Position numbers and translations under genes: made by a program. Shown in pieces: positions 1 through 8,284 of a DNA stretch of 43,254 nucleotides. How positions within the stretch are numbered: position 1 is the first letter of the stretch; every line of letters begins with the position of its first letter. The DNA comes from an uncultured Clostridia bacterium (GTDB taxonomy: Bacteria; Bacillota; Clostridia; Christensenellales; Pumilibacteraceae): contig CAKQJJ010000001.1 in NCBI GenBank assembly GCA_934247335.1, positions 1 to 43,254 of the forward strand, given 5' to 3'. The notes below the pieces were generated by a model. It ran no database searches. It worked only from the letters and a program-made list of their open reading frames with translations, and was not told the origin of the DNA.

Positions 1-544
1 GAGTAAGCCAGCTGCCGATTACGCACATCCATATGAGAATGGCAACCACTTTCACCGCGTCGAGAATAAGCATGATTATGCTGGACGAGAAAACGTTTGC
101 AAGTTCGTCGAGATAGGACGTGACGCGGACCAGAATTTTGCCGTTGGGGCGGGAGTCGTAGAAGTCGAACGCAAGCTTTTGCAGATGTTCGTACGTGGCG
201 TAGCGTATGTCGTGGACTATGCTGTGCCCCACCTTGGTCATATAAAACTGACGGAAATAGCTGAACACGGTGTCGGTTACGACGGCTAAAACGTAAGCCG
301 CGATAAGCACGACCGACAGCGTTTTGTAGTCCATTCCCAGCACGGTTTTCTTGGGAATAACGTTGTCCACGATAAGCCCGTTGATCATGGGCGGCAACAT
401 GGAGATAAACGTGATGAGAATCATCAGTATGAACAGAACGCTTAAAAGTTTGCGGTACGGAACGACGAATTTCAGCGCGTGGCGCAACTGACTTTTGGAC
501 AGTTTTTTGGTTTTTTCGTCCTCGTAATAACGGTTCCTTGCCAT
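1..544 (-). CDS. ABC exporter permease/ATPase subunit, N-terminal fragment (gene continues past the left edge)
   Basis: Reverse-strand ATG at 542-544, 1 nt after the stop (546-548) of the upstream ABC gene. My own translation is MARNRYYEDEKTKKLSKSQLRHALKFVVPYRKLLSVLFILMILITF...FYDSRPNGKILVRVTSYLDEL, a typical N-terminal transmembrane domain of a type-I ABC exporter. It is absent from the ORF track because it is open at the edge. Confidence 0.8.
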   Translation of the reverse strand, partial: MARNRYYEDEKTKKLSKSQLRHALKFVVPYRKLLSVLFILMILITFISMLPPMINGLIVDNVIPKKTVLGMDYKTLSVVLIAAYVLAVVTDTVFSYFRQFYMTKVGHSIVHDIRYATYEHLQKLAFDFYDSRPNGKILVRVTSYLDELANVFSSSIIMLILDAVKVVAILIWMCVIGSWLT

Positions 545-545
545 T

Positions 546-2360
546 TTACGCAACCTCCTCGTCGGTATTCATGGTCTGTTCGGTGTAGATGGACCAGTAT
601 TTGCCACGAAGCGCCATAAGCTGTTCGTGCGATCCGCGCTCGACGACCGCTCCGTCCTCCATATACAGGATTTCGTCGCAGAACGACACGCTGGTTGCGC
701 GGTTGGAAGCGATTATAAGCGTTTTTTCGCCGTAATGCGTGCTTATGTTGTCGATAATTTCTTTTTCGGTCTGGTAGTCGAGCGCAGAGGTGCAGTCGTC
801 CAGAAGCAGTACGGGCGCCTCCTTATACAGCGCTCTCGCAATGGAAACACGCTGTTTCTGTCCGCCGGACAAGCCTAGTCCGCGCTCGCCCACGACGGTA
901 TCGTAGCCGTCGGTAAGGCGCGGAACGAATTTATCCACGCGCGCAAGCGAGGCGAAATGCTCTATTTTGTCCATATCCTTGCCCTCGTCGTAAAAGGCGA
1001 TGTTGTTTGCAACCGTTTCGGAGAACAGGAACACGTCCTGCGACACGAACGAAGTGGATCTTCTCACGTCGTCCAGTTTATATTCGGAAATGTCTTTGCC
1101 GTCCACTGTTATGCTGCCCGAAGTACAGTCGTAAAAACGGTTCATAAGGCGCATGATAACCGACTTTCCGCAGCCCGTTCTGCCCATTATTCCCACTTTT
1201 TTGCCATACGGCAGATCGATGTCGATTTTTTTGAGCACGTCGGTTTTGCCGTTGAAATTCATGGTGACGTCGCTGAATTTATAGTTTGGCTTTTCGGGCA
1301 TATCGAGCGTTTCGCGGCTGTGATCGAAGCCGTCGCTTGCATCCATAAACGAGAACAGGCGTTTTCCCGCGACCATGCAGTTCTGAATATTGCCTATTTC
1401 GGAAGCAATGGTAATCATGTTGCCGTTAAGCAGTCCGACGTACGTGGTAAAAGTCGTAAACTGACCCACGCTTATTTTTCCGTCCACGGCGAGGATAATG
1501 CCCACGATCATCGCGCTTACGCTCATTGCGTAGCCGATAAGGCGGAAATACATGTGATACTTCGCCGCGGTTTTGGTAAGATTGACGTAATTGTCGCGGA
1601 AACGGGCGTTTTTCTTTTCAAACTTTGCCATTTCCTCGTCTTCGGTGGCAAACGAACGCACGATTCGCACGCCGTTTATGTTTTCCTGAATGCAGGTGTT
1701 GAGGTCTACGTTGCCTTCGCGGATGTCCGAATATCTTTTAACCAGTTCTTTTTTAAATTTAAGGCTGACGAAAAAGGTGACTACGGCAAGCGCGAGCGGA
1801 ACGATAGCCATGACCGGGCTTGTAGCCAGCATTATAACGATTGTGCCAACGCCCGACACTATTGCCGAGAACAGGAACACGAAACGGTGCTGATACAAGT
1901 CCATTACGTTGTCGATATCGTTGCTGAGAATGTTCATCATATCGCCGCCCGAATACGAATGAACGACGACCGGCGAACAGCTTAAATACTTTGCGAAAGC
2001 GTCGCGGCGCAGATAGTTGGCGATTTTCCGGTTGTAGGCGTGCGCCATATTCCACCGCGTATAGTGGCATATATATTGCAATAAAGCCACCGCGCCCAGC
2101 GTTATTAAAAGCACGGTGATCATGCCTGTGTAATCGTCGGAAGCAAAACCCGCCACCAAAAATTTGAGCGGCGAAGAACTTGCCTGCGTCATCTCCCTTT
2201 CGGGGTCGAGTACGGGCGTAATAACACGGTCGATGATAAGCTGAGTTATCTGCGGAATTATCAGATTTATCGCAATCTGTAAAAGAGCAAACACGACTAT
2301 TATGATTAGTTGCGGTCGGATTTTTTTCCAGTACTTCCAGGAATGTTTTATTACGTCCAT
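546..2360 (-). CDS. ABC exporter permease/ATP-binding subunit with a degenerate catalytic site
   Basis: Walker A GRTGCGKS, ABC signature LSGGQKQR, Walker B LLLDD, and an N-terminal multi-helix TMD. I place the start at Met13 of the 616-aa ORF (ATG 2358-2360) because GGAG lies 9 nt upstream. The track start at 2396 has only a weak GAGA and remains an alternative. Confidence 0.9.
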   Translation of the reverse strand: MDVIKHSWKYWKKIRPQLIIIVVFALLQIAINLIIPQITQLIIDRVITPVLDPEREMTQASSSPLKFLVAGFASDDYTGMITVLLITLGAVALLQYICHYTRWNMAHAYNRKIANYLRRDAFAKYLSCSPVVVHSYSGGDMMNILSNDIDNVMDLYQHRFVFLFSAIVSGVGTIVIMLATSPVMAIVPLALAVVTFFVSLKFKKELVKRYSDIREGNVDLNTCIQENINGVRIVRSFATEDEEMAKFEKKNARFRDNYVNLTKTAAKYHMYFRLIGYAMSVSAMIVGIILAVDGKISVGQFTTFTTYVGLLNGNMITIASEIGNIQNCMVAGKRLFSFMDASDGFDHSRETLDMPEKPNYKFSDVTMNFNGKTDVLKKIDIDLPYGKKVGIMGRTGCGKSVIMRLMNRFYDCTSGSITVDGKDISEYKLDDVRRSTSFVSQDVFLFSETVANNIAFYDEGKDMDKIEHFASLARVDKFVPRLTDGYDTVVGERGLGLSGGQKQRVSIARALYKEAPVLLLDDCTSALDYQTEKEIIDNISTHYGEKTLIIASNRATSVSFCDEILYMEDGAVVERGSHEQLMALRGKYWSIYTEQTMNTDEEVA

Positions 2361-2469
2361 AAGTAATTTCTCCAAAAAAAACGGCAAACTTTTCATATTC
2401 TCGCATAGAACTGAATTGTTTGCCTGATTTTTTAAGTACGCTTGTCAATCGCTGCCGGATTGTACCGAA

Positions 2470-2498
2470 ATTATACAGCAAGCGGCGACTTTTGTCAA
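2470..2498 (-). promoter_or_regulatory. sigma-A type promoter of the ABC exporter pair
   Basis: The reverse strand reads TTGACA aaagtcgccgcttgctg TATAAT: -35 at 2493-2498, a 17-nt spacer, -10 at 2470-2475. Confidence 0.7.
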
Positions 2499-2554
2499 CC
2501 CCAAAACGGCAAAATTATTTGGACAAATTTGCTGAAATGGGTGACAAGAATGTC

Positions 2555-3649
2555 CTATTTTTGTTTTTCGGTCACGATGCCGCCGGAAACCGAAAACTCT
2601 TTGTATTGCCCCAGCGCCTCCTCTATCTCCTCGGAAAGGTGAGTGCAGGTTATTATGGTCTGATAGCCCGAAACCGCCCTTGCAAGGCGTTTGGAGCGCG
2701 TTTTGTCCAGTTCGGAAAACACGTCGTCCAGCAAAAGAACGGGATATTCGCCCTGTTCCTCGCGGTAAAGGTCCATTTCGGCAAGTTTTAAGCTGAGCGC
2801 GGCGCAGCGCTGTTGCCCCTGCGAGCCGAATTTACGCACGTCTATGCCGTCCAGCAACACCGCAAGATCGTCGGTTTGCGCGCCTGCGTGCGTATAGCCG
2901 TGGCGATAGTCTATCTCGCGGTTTTCACGCAGTTTATCGGCAAAGTTTTTTTCTATTTCTTCAACGCTTTCGCCCGCCGTTCCTTCGTAGGAAAGAGAAA
3001 GATTTTCCTTGCCGTCGGACAAAAACGAGTGGTTTTGGGCTGCGAATTTTTCCAGTCTTCGCACGAATTCGCGGCGATTGCGCACGATGAGCGCGCATTT
3101 TTTGATAAGCTGTAAATCCCACGCCTCTATTGCCGACAACGGAGCGTTTTTTTTGAGCAGTTTGTTGCGCTGAACGAGAATTTTATTATAATCGCTGAGA
3201 CAGTAAAAATAGGACTTTGAAAGCTGGCAAAGCGCAATGTCTATAAATCTGCGGCGCTTTTGCGGAGTGTCCTTTATTATCGCTATTTCGTCGGGGGAAA
3301 ACAAAACGGTGGTAATGACGCCCATAAGTTCGCCTATGCGCGTTATCGGCATGCCGTTTATCGCAACACGCTTATTGACCGCGCTGTCCAGCACTATTTC
3401 AACCGTTTTGGTGCCTATTCTCTTGTTTACTTCCGCCTTTATTCTGCCGCGTGCGTGATTCCAGGCAATAAGCTCCTTGTCGCGCGGGGTGCGCATGCTT
3501 TTGCCAAGACTCGAAAAATATACCGCTTCCAATAAATTGGTTTTGCCCTGAGCGTTATCGCCCGAAAAAACGTTTACGCCGGGGCAGAACTCCACCTTTT
3601 GCGAAAGGTAGTTGCGGAAATAATTAAGTTCGAGGCGCGTAATGTTCAT
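2555..3649 (-). CDS. recF: DNA replication/repair protein RecF
   Basis: 364 aa. N-terminus MNITRLELNYFRNY, Walker A GDNAQGKTNLLEA, and a C-terminal LLLDDVFSELD Walker B/D-loop, all typical of RecF. Confidence 0.9.
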   Translation of the reverse strand: MNITRLELNYFRNYLSQKVEFCPGVNVFSGDNAQGKTNLLEAVYFSSLGKSMRTPRDKELIAWNHARGRIKAEVNKRIGTKTVEIVLDSAVNKRVAINGMPITRIGELMGVITTVLFSPDEIAIIKDTPQKRRRFIDIALCQLSKSYFYCLSDYNKILVQRNKLLKKNAPLSAIEAWDLQLIKKCALIVRNRREFVRRLEKFAAQNHSFLSDGKENLSLSYEGTAGESVEEIEKNFADKLRENREIDYRHGYTHAGAQTDDLAVLLDGIDVRKFGSQGQQRCAALSLKLAEMDLYREEQGEYPVLLLDDVFSELDKTRSKRLARAVSGYQTIITCTHLSEEIEEALGQYKEFSVSGGIVTEKQK

Positions 3650-3656
3650 AAGTGCA

Positions 3657-3685
3657 ATTATAGCATATTATCTCGGTTTTGTAAA
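3657..3685 (-). promoter_or_regulatory. extended -10 promoter abutting the recF start codon
   Basis: The reverse strand reads TTTACA aaaccgagataatatgc TATAAT, with TGc directly before the -10. -35 at 3680-3685, -10 at 3657-3662. Only 7 nt (tgcactt) separate the -10 from the recF ATG. Confidence 0.65.
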
Positions 3686-3726
3686 GTTTCAGCCGCCGAA
3701 TATGCGATGTTTTTATTCCGATATAA

Positions 3727-3762
3727 AGAAAAAGCCGAACCGTGGTAGCGATTCGGGCTTTT
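3727..3762 (-). terminator. intrinsic terminator after pyrP
   Basis: RNA GCCCGAAUCG-cuacca-CGGUUCGGC (about 9 bp with one bulged C) followed by UUUUUCUUUAU. It starts 27 nt after the pyrP stop. Confidence 0.75.
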
Positions 3763-3788
3763 CTCCGTAATTTATTTATTTACGATTA

Positions 3789-5261
3789 TTATTTGTTTTC
3801 TTCTTCGGTCGTTGCCGATACGGTTGCGTCTTCGGTTGCGGCGGTTTCTTTCTTTTCCTTTTTGTTTCCGATGTTTACGAGGACGTTTACGAGGATACCG
3901 AGGATGAGTGCGCATGCTACTGCGGTGATGGTTACTTTACCGAAGGTGAGAACCATTCCGCCGACGCCTGCGATGAGTATTACGCATACTACGAAGAGGT
4001 TTCTGTTGTCGCCGAGGTCAACTTCCTGTATCATCTTCAAGCCGGATACCGCGATGAAGCCGTACAGAGTGATGCACACGCCGCCCATTACACAGGAAGG
4101 AATGCTTGCCAGGAAGGTTGCGAACGGAGAGATGAACGAGATTACGATTGCCATTACCGCAGTGGTGATGATGGTGCGTACCGATGCGTTACCGGAGATT
4201 GCTACGCAGCCTACCGATTCGCCGTAGGTGGTGTTGGGGCATCCGCCGAAGATTGCGCCTGCCATGCTGCCTACGCCGTCGCCGAGCAGAGTTCTGCTGA
4301 GACCGGGATCTTCGAGAAGGTCGTGTTCAATGACAGTAGAGAGGTTTTTGTGGTCGGCTACGTGTTCTGCGAATACTACGAACGCTACGGGCACGTATGC
4401 AACCGCGATGGTTCCGATGTAAGCTCCGTTAAGTTCGCCGAAGCCTTTGAACGCGGTGAGGAAGGTGAAGTCGGGATACCATTTGCTGAAAGCGTCCTTG
4501 AACAGGCTGAAGTTGATTACCTGAAGCGCTTCGTTGCCGGTTGCGATACCGATTCCGGTAAAGATTGCGGCTACTGCGTATCCTGCGAGGATACCGATGA
4601 TGAACGGGATCATTTTAAGCATTTTCTTGCCGTATACCGAGCAAGCGATGGTTACGAACAGAGTTACAAGTCCGCAAACGAGCGCTACGTACGGCGAGCA
4701 GAGCATTACCGAATTGGTCTCGGTGATTACGTTGCCGGCTGCGTCGAAAACTTTGTCGCCGTTGACCAGAACATCCGAAACGACGTCTTTGAACGCGCTG
4801 CCCTTGGAAAGGTCGCCGATTGCGTTGCCTGCCAGCGAAAGACCGATGATTGCGACGGTAGGTCCGATGACGACTGCAGGCATAAGTTTGTTAAGCCATT
4901 CGACGCCTGCGAATTTGATTACTATTGCGATGATGACGTATACGAGTCCTGCGAAGACAGCGCCGAGGATAAGTCCGAGATATCCCAGCTGCATGGATAC
5001 GCCGCCTGCGAATGCCGCACTCATCGAGCCGAGGAATGCGAACGAGCTGCCCAGAAATACGGGGCTGCGGAATTTGGTGAAGAGCAGATAAACGAGCGTT
5101 CCTACGCCTGCTCCGAACAAAGCTGCGGTGGTGCTCATTCCGTTGCCTATGATCATAGGAACGGCGATAGTTGCAGCCATGATTGCCAGCAACTGCTGCA
5201 AAGCAAATACGATTGTTTTGCCCCAGCTCGGCTTGTCTTGTACACCATAAACGAGTTTCAT
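3789..5261 (-). CDS. pyrP: uracil/xanthine permease (NCS2 family)
   Basis: 490 aa and polytopic. The N-terminus (QDKPSWGKTIVFALQQLLAIMAATIAVPMIIG) is NCS2-like. It lies directly downstream of pyrR. RBS AAAGGAGA. Confidence 0.85.
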   Translation of the reverse strand: MKLVYGVQDKPSWGKTIVFALQQLLAIMAATIAVPMIIGNGMSTTAALFGAGVGTLVYLLFTKFRSPVFLGSSFAFLGSMSAAFAGGVSMQLGYLGLILGAVFAGLVYVIIAIVIKFAGVEWLNKLMPAVVIGPTVAIIGLSLAGNAIGDLSKGSAFKDVVSDVLVNGDKVFDAAGNVITETNSVMLCSPYVALVCGLVTLFVTIACSVYGKKMLKMIPFIIGILAGYAVAAIFTGIGIATGNEALQVINFSLFKDAFSKWYPDFTFLTAFKGFGELNGAYIGTIAVAYVPVAFVVFAEHVADHKNLSTVIEHDLLEDPGLSRTLLGDGVGSMAGAIFGGCPNTTYGESVGCVAISGNASVRTIITTAVMAIVISFISPFATFLASIPSCVMGGVCITLYGFIAVSGLKMIQEVDLGDNRNLFVVCVILIAGVGGMVLTFGKVTITAVACALILGILVNVLVNIGNKKEKKETAATEDATVSATTEEENK

Positions 5262-5322
5262 AAAAAATTCTCCTTTGGTTTGTTTATTTCAAATTCCGCT
5301 TTCGGGGAAGTTGATTACTTTT

Positions 5323-5856
5323 TTACAGGTCGTACAGCTCGACGGACAGTTTGTCGTCGTACGGCGGAATGTTGACCTTAACCATTTCGCTGTGTGAAGT
5401 GGGCAGGTTTTTACCCACGTAGTCGGCGCGTATCGGAAGTTCGCGATGACCTCTGTCGCACAGCACCGCAAGCTGAACGCAGGCGGGTCTGCCCATGCTT
5501 ATCACCGCTTCCATTGCGGCGCGCGCCGTTCTTCCTGTGTACAGCACGTCGTCGATAAGCACGATTTTTTTGCCTTCCGTGGTAAACTTGTTTATTTTGT
5601 TTACCACCGGGTCGCGCGAGATCAGGCTGAGGTCGTCGCGGTAGAAGCTGATGTCCAGCTCTCTCGTTTCGACCGGGGCGCCTTCGTAGCCCGAGATGTT
5701 GGCGGCGATTATCTTTGCGAGAGGCACTCCTCTGCTTTTGATGCCCACCAGCACCAGATCTTTAATTCCGTCGTTGCGTTCGGTTATTTCATGCGCTATT
5801 CGTACGAGCGCGCGGCGCACCGCGTTTTCGTCAAACAGTTCCGACTTGAATTTCAT
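5323..5856 (-). CDS. pyrR: bifunctional pyrimidine operon regulator / uracil phosphoribosyltransferase PyrR
   Basis: 177 aa. ALVRIAHEITERN, LVGIKSRGVPLA and the PRPP-binding loop VLIDDVLYTGRTARAAMEA match PyrR. Confidence 0.9.
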   Translation of the reverse strand: MKFKSELFDENAVRRALVRIAHEITERNDGIKDLVLVGIKSRGVPLAKIIAANISGYEGAPVETRELDISFYRDDLSLISRDPVVNKINKFTTEGKKIVLIDDVLYTGRTARAAMEAVISMGRPACVQLAVLCDRGHRELPIRADYVGKNLPTSHSEMVKVNIPPYDDKLSVELYDL

Positions 5857-5988
5857 GATTCACCTCACAAAAAAAATCCGCTCAAGACGATCTTGAACGG
5901 AATTGTACTTACATACTTATAATACCTCGGTTTACGCCGGTAATATATTGTTGTGAGCTTGCCGATGTCTCGCATCCGCTTAAAGATC
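5857..5988 (-). promoter_or_regulatory. pyr leader with PyrR-type transcription attenuator
   Basis: The leader RNA begins near 5988. It has a 5' hairpin region CUUUAAGCGGAUGCGAGACAUCGGCAAGC (5955-5985) that partly resembles the B. subtilis PyrR binding loop (UUUAA...GAGA-type loop...GCAAG). This is followed by a terminator hairpin directly in front of the pyrR RBS. Confidence 0.6.
5869..5900 (-). terminator. attenuator terminator in the pyrR leader
   Basis: RNA CCGUUCAAGA-ucg-UCUUGAGCGG (10 bp, one G-U pair) followed by A-U8, then GUGAGGUG (the RBS) and the ATG. Confidence 0.8.
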
Positions 5989-5994
5989 TGTTGT

Positions 5995-6023
5995 AGTATA
6001 ACCTATTTGACGACAAATGTCAA
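5995..6023 (-). promoter_or_regulatory. sigma-A type promoter of pyrR-pyrP
   Basis: The reverse strand reads TTGACA tttgtcgtcaaataggt TATACT: -35 at 6018-6023, a 17-nt spacer, -10 at 5995-6000. Confidence 0.7.
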
Positions 6024-6048
6024 ACGTTTTTCACGTGTTTTTCGTTTT

Positions 6049-7170
6049 TTACGAAAGTTTTTTTACGAACGAGCGGCGGCGTTTGTGCAGTCTGGCGTCG
6101 AACACGTGCCACTGGTTCTGGATATTGTGGTTGTCTTCGAGGTTGAGATTGGTTTCGGCGTACTCCACGCCGTGATTTTTCAGCATATCCATGACGGCGA
6201 CGATAAAAGTGGTTACTATTCCCTTTCCCGCGTATTCGGGCTTTACGCCGACCAGCGCAAGATCGATTATTTTGGGATTACGCACGGCTTTAAGTATCCG
6301 TATAAGCGCGGCGGGCGTAAGTCTGCCGCCGGAAGGTTGAACGGCTTTTGCAAGCGACGGAATGGCAAGACCGAAGCACACGGCGTTGTCGTTTTCGTCG
6401 AGAATGACCGAAACGAAACGGGTGTCTATCACGAGCTTGAAGTTTTCCATCATCATTTTTTTCATGCCATCGGTGAAAGGCACGGTGCCATACAAATCGA
6501 CGTACGTTTGGTCCAGCAACTCAAAAAACTGATCGCCGTACTTTTTGCAGAACTGCGCGCCGTTTTTTGCCGTTCCGAGACGAAGTTTGTATTTCTTCAT
6601 CATCATATTGCTGAGGCGCGCTAATCTCTCGTCGATTACCGCGGGGGCGCGAAGCTGACGTTCCACCCAGTCCACTTCCTTTTCGTAGCCGAGATTTTCG
6701 ATGAGTTTCTGATAATACGGGTAGTTGTACTGCTCCTCGAAAGTGGCAAGCTCGTCGAAGCCTTCGATAAGCAGCCCTTCTCTTTCGAGATCGGAAAAGC
6801 CGAGCGGTCCCACGACTTCTTCCATTCCCTTCTGCTTTGCCCAGTTTTCGACTGCGGCAAACAGAGCGTCGGCTACGTCCTGATCGTCTACGCTGTCGAA
6901 GCGGGTGAATCTGACGCGCTTTTGATTCCATTTTTTGTTTGCGGCAAGCTGCAATATGCCCGAAATTCTGCCCGCTATTTTTCCGTCCTTATAGGCGTTG
7001 AAATACACGGCTTCGCACTGGTCGTTGTACACGAAGTTCTTTTTGAACATTTTTTTCTCGTCGGAGTACAGCGGCGGCACGAAATAGGGGCAATTTTTGT
7101 AGAGGTTAAGCGGAAATTCGATAAATCTTTTAATCTCTTTTGCCGATTTTACTTCTCTTATTTCAATCAT
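6049..7170 (-). CDS. two-lobed GNAT-superfamily acyl/acetyltransferase-like protein
   Basis: 373 aa. The N-terminus MIEIREVKSAKEIKRFIEFPLNLYKNCPYFVPPL and the following DGKIAGRISGI block match a family I recall being annotated as GNAT N-acetyltransferase. The ATG lies 1 nt after the degV stop. The family call comes from memory, not a search. Confidence 0.55.
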   Translation of the reverse strand: MIEIREVKSAKEIKRFIEFPLNLYKNCPYFVPPLYSDEKKMFKKNFVYNDQCEAVYFNAYKDGKIAGRISGILQLAANKKWNQKRVRFTRFDSVDDQDVADALFAAVENWAKQKGMEEVVGPLGFSDLEREGLLIEGFDELATFEEQYNYPYYQKLIENLGYEKEVDWVERQLRAPAVIDERLARLSNMMMKKYKLRLGTAKNGAQFCKKYGDQFFELLDQTYVDLYGTVPFTDGMKKMMMENFKLVIDTRFVSVILDENDNAVCFGLAIPSLAKAVQPSGGRLTPAALIRILKAVRNPKIIDLALVGVKPEYAGKGIVTTFIVAVMDMLKNHGVEYAETNLNLEDNHNIQNQWHVFDARLHKRRRSFVKKLS

Positions 7171-7171
7171 A

Positions 7172-8050
7172 TTATCTGTTTTTGGAGTGGAACACTATGC
7201 CCAGTCCGTCGGGTCCGCAGTGGCAGCCGGCGGTTGGATTTACGTCCACGGTTACGATGTCGAGATTTTCGCCGAAGCGTTTTTTAAGCATATCGGCAAC
7301 GTTTGCGGCGATATCGGGAATATCGCAATGTCCGATGACTACGCGGTGAGAGGCGATTCCGTCCTCTTTTTCCGCTATCATGTCCATTATTTTATTAAGT
7401 GTTTTCTTTCTGCCCTGAGCCTTGCCGAGCGCGGTCATCATGCCGTCCGCGCCCATGGTGAGTATGGGGTGAATGCCGATTATATTGCCCATAATCGCGG
7501 AAAAATTGGTAACTCTGCCGCTTCTCGCAAAGAATTTGAGATCGTCCACGTAGAAATAAATGGCGTGCTTTAACACTTCTTTATCCGCCCAAGCCAGAAT
7601 TTCCGATATATCCGCTCCGTTTTTATACATTTCGCCTATTTCGAGAGCGATGGCGTAGCTTAATATGGTTATGCCCTTGGTGTCGATTTCGTAGAATTTG
7701 CGCTCGGGATATTTTTCTTTCAGCTCGCTTACGGCAAGGTTCATCGCACCGAAAGTGCCGCTCATTGCCGTGGCAAAATGCACGTACAGAATATCGTCGC
7801 CGTTTTCAAAAAACGGTTCAAAATAGCTTTTATATTTTTCGGGGCTGAGTCCGGCAGTCGTGGGCAACGCGCCTTTGCGCAGTTTTTCGTAAAACTCGTG
7901 ACTGTCGTAATTTTTCTCGAAGTCCGCGTCCTCATACGGGTAAATCGTTTTATCGTCCATTATATACGGCATGCTGATGAGATTGTAGCCGTATTGCTTT
8001 GCCGATTCGGGCGTAAAATCGCTGTCCGTATCCGTAAAAAGAACTAACAT
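7172..8050 (-). CDS. DegV family (fatty-acid binding, FakB-like) protein
   Basis: 292 aa. The N-terminal LVLFTDTDSDFTPE motif and overall length and pattern fit DegV. RBS GAAGGAGA. Confidence 0.8.
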   Translation of the reverse strand: MLVLFTDTDSDFTPESAKQYGYNLISMPYIMDDKTIYPYEDADFEKNYDSHEFYEKLRKGALPTTAGLSPEKYKSYFEPFFENGDDILYVHFATAMSGTFGAMNLAVSELKEKYPERKFYEIDTKGITILSYAIALEIGEMYKNGADISEILAWADKEVLKHAIYFYVDDLKFFARSGRVTNFSAIMGNIIGIHPILTMGADGMMTALGKAQGRKKTLNKIMDMIAEKEDGIASHRVVIGHCDIPDIAANVADMLKKRFGENLDIVTVDVNPTAGCHCGPDGLGIVFHSKNR

Positions 8051-8111
8051 TCTATTCTCCTTCGTGTGGTTTTGCGTCGGATTTTGTCAAAAAAACGCAA
8101 CGTATACGTCA

Positions 8112-8140
8112 ATTATATCACCGAATTATCATTTTGTCAA
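8112..8140 (-). promoter_or_regulatory. consensus sigma-A promoter of degV-GNAT
   Basis: The reverse strand reads TTGACA aaatgataattcggtga TATAAT, a perfect -35 and -10 with a 17-nt spacer. Confidence 0.75.
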
Positions 8141-8223
8141 TAAAAAACTGAACATTAGGCGGTGCATATGTAAACTTTCCCCGTTTGGTGGGCGTTTTGT
8201 TCTGCCGTTCGGTTTATTTGCGC

Positions 8224-8266
8224 GCAAACGAAAAGCGCACCCTCCTTTTTACGGGAGAATGCGCTT
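8224..8266 (-). terminator. intrinsic terminator closing the large surface-protein operon
   Basis: RNA GCGCAUUCUCC-cguaaaa-GGAGGGUGCGC (11 bp, two G-U pairs) followed by UUUUCGUUU. It starts about 20 nt after the stop at 8285. Confidence 0.8.
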
Positions 8267-8284
8267 TTTTTCGATTATTGAAGC

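Noticed and set aside
957-1985. Other long plus-strand ORFs: 957-1985, 4323-5375, 9116-10246, 11735-12679, 15377-16321, 18195-19442, 19924-20781, 22504-23478, 23577-24428, 25510-26613, 34373-35620, 36628-37407, 39277-40146, 42500-43231, and others.
   Set aside because: All are codon-aligned antisense shadows of well-supported minus-strand genes; the coordinate differences are multiples of 3 in every case I checked. Their compositions are implausible and they lack start signals.
5262-5322. A second PyrR attenuator between pyrR and pyrP, as in Bacillus.
   Set aside because: The spacer is only 61 nt. Its only hairpin is a weak 5-bp one with a mismatch (UUCCCC-GAAA-GCGGAA), with no U-run and no binding-loop-like sequence.
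8100-8109. A 10-bp perfect palindrome ACGTATACGT overlapping the predicted degV transcription start, considered as a possible operator.
   Set aside because: About 40 perfect 10-bp palindromes are expected by chance in 43 kb. There is no second copy or flanking symmetry, so position alone is insufficient.
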